Of a stretch of 55,446 nt of DNA, positions 8,976 through 15,598 are shown in pieces. This stretch comes from a virus (taxonomy: Duplodnaviria; Caudoviricetes). Positions within the stretch are counted from its first letter, which is position 1, and each line of letters opens with the position of its first letter. The stretch lies in IMG/VR virus record IMGVR_UViG_3300030430_001863, positions 1-55,446 of that record; one strand, 5' to 3'. Under the pieces are notes generated by a model. The model worked only from the letters and a program-made list of their open reading frames with translations. It did no database searches and was not told the origin of the DNA. The translations under genes and the position numbers were made by a program.

Positions 8976-9512
8976 ACATTAGAAGACGATCCAAAAGAAT
9001 TAAATAATCGTCAAAAAGAGTTTGCCAGATATTACGTTGAAGGGATTTACTCAAACGCAGAATGCGCTCGTAAAGCTGGTTATTCTCCTGCCTCATCTAT
9101 GACAATGGCATCCAAGCTGCTGAACGGTTCTTATGCTCCGCACGTTGTGGAGTATATACAAGAACTCAGGCAAGAACGTGAGAGACGTTATGGGGTAACC
9201 ATGATTGGACAGTTGAAAAGACTGGACGAACTTTCAAGAGGAGCTGAAGATGCTGGACAGTACTCCGCAGCAATTAACGCTGAAAAGATACGCTCTGCCT
9301 TGGGCGGTCTGACAGTTGATAGGCGTGAACAAATTCACCAGCTTGACGACATGACAAAAGAAGACATCGCTTTACGGCTAAGTGAATTGCGCAAGCAATA
9401 TCCGCAGGCGTTCATAGAAGGTACATATACAGAGAAATCAAATGTTGGAAAAAAACTTTTGGACAACCGTAAAGAAGAACCTGCCTCCGAAAACATTCTC
9501 GACACGAATTGA
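8961..9512 (+). CDS. terS: Terminase small subunit
   Basis: LNNRQKEFARYYV...ARKAGYS...ASKLL...YIQELR...AAINAE. Confidence 0.85.
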   Translation: MTSVTTLEDDPKELNNRQKEFARYYVEGIYSNAECARKAGYSPASSMTMASKLLNGSYAPHVVEYIQELRQERERRYGVTMIGQLKRLDELSRGAEDAGQYSAAINAEKIRSALGGLTVDRREQIHQLDDMTKEDIALRLSELRKQYPQAFIEGTYTEKSNVGKKLLDNRKEEPASENILDTN

Positions 9513-9897
9513 AAACAGACATGGTGGCGGAGTGCCTGACGTACACATTGTCTGGGACTGTTTGCCCTTCTGGATAGAATTAAAGGTAACAAAAGGAAAG
9601 GGGGTAAACCTCTCTCCACAACAAATTGCATGGAATACCGCATATTCTCGGTGCGGAGGGCTTTCTTTCATCTTGGTTAAAGGGTCGGGGCAGGCCGACC
9701 TATTTTTGTTTGAGGGGGGTCGGGCATCGGAGGTCGGGGCAGTCGGGCTCGATGCTGAACCCCTGTATCGGGGTCGGGACTGGTCGGGTCTATGGGACAA
9801 GATTCGGGAGTCGGGGTTCGGGACTTCGGGGTCGGGGTTCGGGGGTCATCGGTTCTTGACCCAAGGGGCAGGGACTGGTGCACCAGTACAACAGTAA
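9442..9897 (+). CDS. VRR-NUC / Holliday-junction-resolvase-like nuclease
   Basis: RIEN..GGGVPDV...WIELKV...LSPQQIAW. Confidence 0.8.
   Translation: MLEKNFWTTVKKNLPPKTFSTRIENRHGGGVPDVHIVWDCLPFWIELKVTKGKGVNLSPQQIAWNTAYSRCGGLSFILVKGSGQADLFLFEGGRASEVGAVGLDAEPLYRGRDWSGLWDKIRESGFGTSGSGFGGHRFLTQGAGTGAPVQQ
9682..9846 (+). repeat. TCGGG(G) repeat cluster 1, G-quadruplex-competent
   Basis: e.g. GGGAGTCGGGGTTCGGGACTTCGGGGTCGGGGTTCGGGGG. Confidence 0.85.
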
Positions 9898-9917
9898 GTG
9901 ACCGCAGCACCTAGCTG

Positions 9918-9940
9918 AAAAAAAGGGGCTTGCGCCCCTT
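9918..9940 (-). terminator. Intrinsic terminator
   Basis: AAGGGGC-TTGC-GCCCCTT with A-run on the + strand. Confidence 0.75.
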
Positions 9941-9942
9941 CT

Positions 9943-10545
9943 TCATTTTACTGCCTCTACGATTTGAGTAACTCCGTTATTAGGAATGTAGCAAAGCAAA
10001 CAATCTTTGCATTTTTGACCTGTGCAATTTTGCACTGTCTCACTGTCAGGTGATACGTTGTTAAACGTGCGGTCAAAATGTTTTGGCGGATTATCAAGAA
10101 CCGCATCAATTTTTGGATTGCTGAAAATCAAAATCAGATTTTCTGGTTTGTCATTATTAGCGTAAAACCTATTGATTAAGTCTTTGCGCTTAGTCCACAA
10201 TGCAAATTTAGTATGCGCATTATGTAGTGCAATGTTATGAAGATTTTCTAGCATGGTAAGATTTATCAATTCACCATGTCCTGAAAATCTTACAAACGCT
10301 TCTAAGAATGTCGGCAATAAATGAGGCGGAATAATACCCTCAGATAATGCTTTACTGTTTCTTTCCCATGCAGGAATACATCCCTTGCGAAATGTTTCGA
10401 GCATTTCCCATGAATAGCATTTTGTGCAAATGATATCGTCTGAGCCGCACGCGCTCATTTTTTGGCAATAAGGGTTCGATAGCGTGTTAGTGTTAATCGC
10501 TTTAAACCCTTCTAGCTTGCCTGTCATATTTGAGATTGTAAGCAT
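9943..10545 (-). CDS. GP88-like Cys-rich (Fe-S/radical-SAM-like) protein
   Basis: MTGKLEG, C..M.......ICTKCY, VRFSGHGEL, LWTKR, CKDCLLCY. Confidence 0.7.
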   Translation of the reverse strand: MLTISNMTGKLEGFKAINTNTLSNPYCQKMSACGSDDIICTKCYSWEMLETFRKGCIPAWERNSKALSEGIIPPHLLPTFLEAFVRFSGHGELINLTMLENLHNIALHNAHTKFALWTKRKDLINRFYANNDKPENLILIFSNPKIDAVLDNPPKHFDRTFNNVSPDSETVQNCTGQKCKDCLLCYIPNNGVTQIVEAVK

Positions 10546-10574
10546 TTAATTCTCCATAGTTTTGCTTATGATTT

Positions 10575-10604
10575 ATTTTAACATGAAAACACAAGTAAAA
10601 ACAA
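10575..10604 (-). promoter_or_regulatory. Early promoter (extended -10)
   Basis: TTGTTT-N18-TAAAAT with TGn. Confidence 0.6.
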
Positions 10605-10643
10605 GTTAAATGTTCGGGACTCTAACACTGTCCGCAGCAGCTA

Positions 10644-10675
10644 GGGTGTCGGGGTCGGGGTTCGGGATTCGGGGT
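10644..10675 (+). repeat. TCGGG(G) repeat cluster 2, G-quadruplex-competent
   Basis: GGGTGTCGGGGTCGGGGTTCGGGATTCGGGG. Confidence 0.85.
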
Positions 10676-10740
10676 AAAAGAATCGAGGCCAAGCGGGGGC
10701 TTGGCCTCTAGTCTTGTTATTATGGAGGACTAACAAGAAT
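10676..10740 (-). ncRNA. Candidate anti-Shine-Dalgarno sRNA
   Basis: Upstream TTGACG and TATAAT boxes; hairpin with GUCCUCCAUAA loop; 10-bp GC terminator stem; no ORF. Confidence 0.55.
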
Positions 10741-10823
10741 AATTATAAGTACACCTGGATCAGGTGCTACGTCAATCGTCAAACTTGATTGCGTAGATCA
10801 GGAGGGCGAAAATCGCTAGTACA

Positions 10824-10860
10824 TAAAAAATAACCAGCCCGATGTTGATCAGGCTGGTTA
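10824..10860 (-). terminator. Intrinsic terminator
   Basis: TAACCAGCC...GGCTGGTTA plus A-run on the + strand. Confidence 0.7.
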
Positions 10861-10872
10861 TATCAAGGTTGT

Positions 10873-11244
10873 TCATGCTACGATTTCTAATTTTGTTTCA
10901 GATAAGCCGATTTCTAACTCGCATGTTTCCATCATACGCCGAACCTGTTTCTTGGCTAATGGGATAAACTCCGCAAAGTCGTCACGACTAACAGCATAAG
11001 TCTTGTCCCAAATGTCAGGCTGGTTTTTGTCATAGCCTTTGGCATAAATAACATGAACACCATCGCCATCCATGTCCCTATCTTCCATGTGACATGGTGA
11101 CATGACATAGATGCCATCATCCTTAACCAGCCATAATCCATAATCGCCCGTGTTCTCTGAAGTATAAGGAAGTTTGCGTGGATGGTTCATCATATGTGTA
11201 AGCATACGCTGAAACTCTTTACTCTTAAATTTTAGTCTATGCAT
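10873..11244 (-). CDS. DUF3085-like protein
   Basis: LWLVKDDGIYVM...YAKGY...DDFAE; ATGGAGG RBS. Confidence 0.75.
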   Translation of the reverse strand: MHRLKFKSKEFQRMLTHMMNHPRKLPYTSENTGDYGLWLVKDDGIYVMSPCHMEDRDMDGDGVHVIYAKGYDKNQPDIWDKTYAVSRDDFAEFIPLAKKQVRRMMETCELEIGLSETKLEIVA

Positions 11245-11276
11245 TAATACCTCCATTAGACTATTGTACATGATTT

Positions 11277-11306
11277 AGTATAGCATACCCAGGATATTAA
11301 ATACAA
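11277..11306 (-). promoter_or_regulatory. Early promoter (extended -10)
   Basis: TTGTAT-N18-TATACT with TGn. Confidence 0.65.
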
Positions 11307-11308
11307 AC

Positions 11309-11337
11309 AAAAAGAGGCGGAAAAACCCGCCTCTTTT
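11309..11337. terminator. Bidirectional intrinsic terminator
   Basis: AAAAGAGGCGG-loop-CCGCCTCTTTT. Confidence 0.8.
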
Positions 11338-11354
11338 CGCACCCTATGGAGAAT

Positions 11355-11507
11355 TTATTTTGCTTGGAGCCTACGTTGCAAGATACGATTTTGAGATATG
11401 TTAGTCAGTCTCAAAAGTTTCTGCGTGATTTTTGGCAACGGCTTGAGCCGTTTAATCAAATGTTTTTCGCCATTCTTATCTGGCCTTGTTACATAAACGT
11501 AGTTCAT
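11355..11507 (-). CDS. 50-aa basic ORF (may instead, or also, be a regulatory RNA)
   Basis: MNYVYVTRPDKNGEKHLIKRLKPLPKITQK...; ATGA overlap with upstream gene. Confidence 0.45.
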   Translation of the reverse strand: MNYVYVTRPDKNGEKHLIKRLKPLPKITQKLLRLTNISQNRILQRRLQAK

Positions 11508-11875
11508 GATGAAGCTCTTTCATAATTTAGATATTCTTCTTTTGGATATTCTTGTTCATGCTTTAAATATTCTTCTTTTGGATATGCCAATGGGCGGCTC
11601 AAATATGGCACTTCCAATTCTGGCAATACCTCTTCAATAGTCTCAGCACAAAAAGTCCATCCCGTGCACCCGTATTCGTAGTCGATAATAACTGAAAACC
11701 TGAACGAGTCTTCAATCTCTCTCTTTTTAGGGTCAGGATGATTAACGAATATTTGATAGCCTTTATAATAAAAGCTAGGGCAAACATCATTTTTATAACT
11801 AATGTTCACCCAACCCTCAGGAACGTGAAAGTCCTTCAAGCAATCTTTAAAAAACTTATCCATAAAATGCATCAT
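11504..11875 (-). CDS. Hypothetical early protein
   Basis: W.N.SY.ND.CPSF motif; internal duplication of YPKEEYL. Confidence 0.7.
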   Translation of the reverse strand: MMHFMDKFFKDCLKDFHVPEGWVNISYKNDVCPSFYYKGYQIFVNHPDPKKREIEDSFRFSVIIDYEYGCTGWTFCAETIEEVLPELEVPYLSRPLAYPKEEYLKHEQEYPKEEYLNYERASS

Positions 11876-12294
11876 GCCGCCCCTCTTCCATACTTTTCCA
11901 TCATGTCAACGTGGGTGCCTTCCCAAATGGTTTCCCATTTAATTGAGCCGTCCTTCTGATAAAATGACTCCTGAATTTCAACCCATAAAGTTTTAAGGCT
12001 CTTATCAAAATGAATGATGTAATGATAGTCGCACCAACTATGTGCATCCAGAATTTCATCTTCATTTTTAAAATGATGTGATATTAAACGAACCTCGCCA
12101 CCGTTCTTGTTCTTATTGGCGGCAACGAATGCGGCGGCAAATTCATCCGCCTCGTATCTCGGAAGAGGCCATGCCATAGACTTAGCCTCCTCAATAAAGT
12201 GAACCGCACCTTGCGGATAATTATCATAATGCTTGTATACAAAGCACTCGTCACTATCGTTATCTTGAAATTGATAAATCGCTCTAGTTCCCAT
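11872..12294 (-). CDS. Conserved phage early protein (MGTR/YKHYD.YP family)
   Basis: ATGGAGGAC RBS before ATG 12294. Confidence 0.75.
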   Translation of the reverse strand: MGTRAIYQFQDNDSDECFVYKHYDNYPQGAVHFIEEAKSMAWPLPRYEADEFAAAFVAANKNKNGGEVRLISHHFKNEDEILDAHSWCDYHYIIHFDKSLKTLWVEIQESFYQKDGSIKWETIWEGTHVDMMEKYGRGAA

Positions 12295-12314
12295 TTTGTC
12301 CTCCATATAGACGG

Positions 12315-12363
12315 TTAAAAAAGGGCACGGTTCATTTTTTTATTACTCCTTATGAACCGTGCC
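12315..12363 (-). promoter_or_regulatory. Putative attenuator: terminator hairpin enclosing the RBS and start of 6-aa uORF MNRALF
   Basis: 12-bp perfect stem, AAGGAG in loop, T6 tail. Confidence 0.55.
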
Positions 12364-12390
12364 AAGTTGTGAACGAAAGGATAATAATTT

Positions 12391-12420
12391 ATCCTACCAT
12401 AAAAACAAATAAAAACAAAC
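12391..12420 (-). promoter_or_regulatory. Early promoter candidate
   Basis: TTGTTT...TGG-TAGGAT, similar to the 10575 promoter. Confidence 0.5.
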
Positions 12421-12424
12421 AAAA

Positions 12425-12613
12425 TTATTCGGGTTCGGGTCGGGATGGTTCGGGTCGGGATCGGGCTTCCAGTACTGTTATTAGGTACTGGGCTCGCTCT
12501 GCTAGGGTCATATCCGTAGCAGAATGATCCACTGCCTTTTGATGCTTAAAGGCATCAGGTAGAAGATCTACCTGATGCCTCAGATCATAGGCGATGCATA
12601 ACGCCTCATCCAT
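12425..12613 (-). CDS. Hypothetical early protein
   Basis: TAATG coupling; C-terminus encoded by TCGGG repeats. Confidence 0.6.
   Translation of the reverse strand: MDEALCIAYDLRHQVDLLPDAFKHQKAVDHSATDMTLAERAQYLITVLEARSRPEPSRPEPE
12428..12466 (+). repeat. TCGGG repeat cluster 3, G-quadruplex-competent
   Basis: GGGTTCGGGTCGGGATGGTTCGGGTCGGGATCGGG. Confidence 0.85.
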
Positions 12614-12888
12614 TAGTCTAGTAGCACCATATAGGCTTTTGGTTCATGCTTCATAAACCAATCCAAGCCTTGCCGCAAAGTTTTAATAAGCCCTAAATCA
12701 TCAGGTCTCTTTTCAGATAAAACACTAGCCATCATAGTAATATCATAGATAGCGGCGGCATCAGCAGGAAGTTTTACGGTTTCACCCGTAAAAATATTAG
12801 ACCGTTCTTCAGGCAAGTTTTTTGCCTTTTCGATAATCTTTTCTACTTTAGCATTTACATTTTTAGCAAAGGGTAATTTTCTAGTCAT
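12613..12888 (-). CDS. Conserved phage protein (..GLDWF...P.AYMVLLD)
   Basis: Recognisable C-terminal motif. Confidence 0.7.
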   Translation of the reverse strand: MTRKLPFAKNVNAKVEKIIEKAKNLPEERSNIFTGETVKLPADAAAIYDITMMASVLSEKRPDDLGLIKTLRQGLDWFMKHEPKAYMVLLD

Positions 12889-13078
12889 TTTTTCCATCCC
12901 AAATGGTTAGTTGAATAACCGCTGCCGCATAGAATGCCGCAACAGCGTGAAGTACCATAGCCAGCCGCATAAGACTGTCTACACTTTCGCTCATTTCTGT
13001 AGTTAATCCATACAGTAAATGAGCAATCACTAGCAGGATTACTCCTGCTAGTGTTAAGGCTAAAGCCCAGCGGTTCAT
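12881..13078 (-). CDS. Small two-TM membrane protein
   Basis: Two hydrophobic segments; ATGA coupling. Confidence 0.6.
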   Translation of the reverse strand: MNRWALALTLAGVILLVIAHLLYGLTTEMSESVDSLMRLAMVLHAVAAFYAAAVIQLTIWDGKND

Positions 13079-13317
13079 TTCCAAGTAAACATTTTGCGTG
13101 TTTGCGTATATGCCTCTTTAGCGGCATATTGGAAATCTTGCTCTTGATAAAAAGCATAACCTGCCTTAATCGCCAAAGACCTAGTGTCTTTTAAACGTGC
13201 TTCAGTTTGCTTAATGATTTCTTTCAGATGATGAACCTCAGCTTGCATGGCCTCTTTATCACCTGAAGTAGCTAATTTCTTAGCGGCAGTTAAGTTTTTT
13301 TGAATTTGATGTAACAT
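13075..13317 (-). CDS. Hypothetical protein, first early gene
   Basis: ATGGAGG RBS. Confidence 0.7.
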   Translation of the reverse strand: MLHQIQKNLTAAKKLATSGDKEAMQAEVHHLKEIIKQTEARLKDTRSLAIKAGYAFYQEQDFQYAAKEAYTQTRKMFTWK

Positions 13318-13339
13318 AATTCACACCTCCATAGTCGCG

Positions 13340-13362
13340 TTATGTTTACCTAGTAAACATAA
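13340..13362. promoter_or_regulatory. Operator-like inverted repeat at the first early promoter
   Basis: TTATGTTTAC-CTA-GTAAACATAA. Confidence 0.55.
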
Positions 13363-13429
13363 TATTTAAACATGATAAATACAACCCACAAACAAACAAA
13401 AATAGTGATGGATATTTGACACCCAGGCC

Positions 13430-13561
13430 GTCAAATTACTGACGCGTTTGTCAAATTATTGACTTGACAAGGGGTTACTTGGGCAAAAAACGGGGGTTTG
13501 TCAGATTTTTGACACCCCACCCCGTCAAATTTTTGACGGGCGGGTGCCGCCCCACCCGCCC
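13430..13561. repeat. Four GTCA(A/G)-N4-(T/C)TGAC palindromes plus GC hairpin at the early/late divergence
   Basis: Copies at 13430, 13450, 13500, 13524; GGGCGGGTG..CACCCGCCC 13538-13561. Confidence 0.85.
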
Positions 13562-13704
13562 GCCCTAGTTGGGTAGATTTATTCACAGGTTTTTCCGTTG
13601 GAGGCTGCCCCTTAGTTGCAAGTTCCACAAATTAAATATAAAAAGACCAAAGGAGTCCCAGAGGGAGAGAAAAAATTACGTTGTAATTTCGTTTGGAGGT
13701 TCAG

Positions 13705-14175
13705 GTGACAAGTTACAAGAAGATGGAGGAGTGGGACATTGACCCTATGATTGAACTGGGTGCCCAGATGCATGCAGAGAGTGCCTTTAAGAATTTGGAC
13801 TACAGTCGTGAGAAGTGTGCAGCGTTAGGTATAAAGTATATTTTAAATCCGAAGTGGTTTTTTGGTTACTGTGCTTATGAGGGTGATGAGTTGATAGGCA
13901 TGATTATGGGTCATTTAGTTCCGTACTATTTTGGAAACGACCTTCTCGCAAACGATATTCTCTGGTATGTTAGAAAAGACAGGCGCGGTTCGATGGTTGG
14001 TATTCGTTTATTGAATGCTTTTAGAGACTGGGCAAAGGAGCGAGGTGCAAGTGAGATTTGCATTGGCGTTTCGACTGCGTTAGACTTAGACAGGACGCAT
14101 AAACTGTTGTCACGGATGGGGTTTACACATGTTGGTGGCACATTCAAAGAGGCGGTGAAGAATGTTGAAGCGTGA
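13705..14175 (+). CDS. GNAT acetyltransferase
   Basis: YVRKDRRGSMVGIRLL...LSRMGF; GGAGG RBS before GTG 13705. Confidence 0.8.
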   Translation: MTSYKKMEEWDIDPMIELGAQMHAESAFKNLDYSREKCAALGIKYILNPKWFFGYCAYEGDELIGMIMGHLVPYYFGNDLLANDILWYVRKDRRGSMVGIRLLNAFRDWAKERGASEICIGVSTALDLDRTHKLLSRMGFTHVGGTFKEAVKNVEA

Positions 14176-15598
14176 TTGGTTGACTCTTGAACCTCGGTTC
14201 ATTGATCGGAGTGTTTGTTTTTGTGGCGGTGGCGGCGATACGAGCGGCGATGAGCCAGACGGCGTAACGTTTACTTCAGGCGATGATTATGTGCCAGGAC
14301 AGGGTGTTCAGATTAGTTCTAGCACTTTGGCTCCAGGTTCAGAAACCGACACATTTCAAGGTCGGAATACTTCAGACGCGGCTCTTGGTGCTTTTGCAGC
14401 GGCAGATCCTTTTGCGGCAGGGGCAGGAAGGGGTTCAAACATTGGGTATGTATCTGGTGTCACGGGCGATGAAGAGTTTACGGGTGTTCCGTCTGTTGCG
14501 GCTCCAGCAGCGGCTGGTGCGTTAGCGTCATTAGATGATTCTTTCAACTTGTCTCCTCCTGCTTCTCCGTTACAGAACCTGACCGCTGAACAAAAGGCGA
14601 TTGTTGAGACTGCTCGGATGATGGGAGACCCACTACCTGATTTCAGCAGGCCGATGACAGTTGCAGAAATAGCAGCAGCGGACAGGCCGCGTGCTGAACA
14701 AGCTAATCTTTTTGCACAGACAGAGGCAGAGATTGAGGCTGGTCAGCAAAGGGAGCGGGACCGTGCGGCGGCGATTGACGCTATCAACGCCATGACAGGC
14801 ATTACTCGTGCGCAGGGTGCAACAGCACAAAACGTTCTTGGTTCTGGAATCTCGACTCTTGATACTACTGACGATGCTCGTGCGCAGGCGACTAGGAGTT
14901 CTCCAGCTTTTGTTTCAGGTGTTGGGAACACGGCTGAGTTTGGTGTTTCAAGACCAGACACTGTGACAGATCAGCAACTAGCTGATCAAATTATGGCTTC
15001 TTCGCAAGGAGTGGATCGTGACGCTGAAGTTGTATCAGCATTAAGCGATAATTTTTTAGATGAGCGTGGTCGTCAGGACGTTAACGTTTTAGGGGAAAAG
15101 ATTGCGGACTACTTTAACAATCCGCTTGTTGAGGCGGGTCAACAGTTAGAACGGTTTAGTCCTATTGGTGCGCTTGTGCGAGGGATAACTGGACAGCCAA
15201 GTTTGTTTACTGATAAAGCAGGTTTACCAAGTTTTGGCAGTCTTGGAGATATGACAAAGGCTGTTCAGGCAGGTGGCAGGCTTACAACAGATGACAAAGG
15301 AAACCCCTTATATGTTACTATGCCAGACGGCAGTACCGTTGGTGCTCCATCACAGCCGTCTAGCTTAATGACTGGCGGCGGAGGCGGTTCTGCCACTGCG
15401 CCTAAGTCTCCAATGGATCCATGTCCACCTGGTTACAAGATGGTTGACGGTGTGTGCCAGCCAACGGGTCAAGAAGAGGGGGAAGGTTTTCAAACAGGTT
15501 CAGGTGTGGGCGATACCCGCTTCTCACCCTTCTATACACCACAACAGGTTGGCGATATAAATCCGTTTGTTCTTCAGCCATATAGAAATGAGTCTTGA
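14162..15598 (+). CDS. Putative virion/low-complexity protein
   Basis: 478 aa; N-terminal CFCGGGG; DPCPPGYKMVDGVC. Confidence 0.6.
   Translation: MLKRDWLTLEPRFIDRSVCFCGGGGDTSGDEPDGVTFTSGDDYVPGQGVQISSSTLAPGSETDTFQGRNTSDAALGAFAAADPFAAGAGRGSNIGYVSGVTGDEEFTGVPSVAAPAAAGALASLDDSFNLSPPASPLQNLTAEQKAIVETARMMGDPLPDFSRPMTVAEIAAADRPRAEQANLFAQTEAEIEAGQQRERDRAAAIDAINAMTGITRAQGATAQNVLGSGISTLDTTDDARAQATRSSPAFVSGVGNTAEFGVSRPDTVTDQQLADQIMASSQGVDRDAEVVSALSDNFLDERGRQDVNVLGEKIADYFNNPLVEAGQQLERFSPIGALVRGITGQPSLFTDKAGLPSFGSLGDMTKAVQAGGRLTTDDKGNPLYVTMPDGSTVGAPSQPSSLMTGGGGGSATAPKSPMDPCPPGYKMVDGVCQPTGQEEGEGFQTGSGVGDTRFSPFYTPQQVGDINPFVLQPYRNES

Noticed and set aside
11531-11585. 19-bp direct repeat
   Set aside because: Simple in-frame duplication (YPKEEY)
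8691-13561. CRISPR array
   Set aside because: Repeats are 5-16 bp without regular unique spacers; no cas genes
13431-13628. 65-aa ORF, and the many antisense or shadow ORFs in the track (e.g. 8554..8904, 24671..25210, 33683..34228, 44006..44596)
   Set aside because: No convincing RBS or motifs; they overlap repeats or well-supported genes on the other strand
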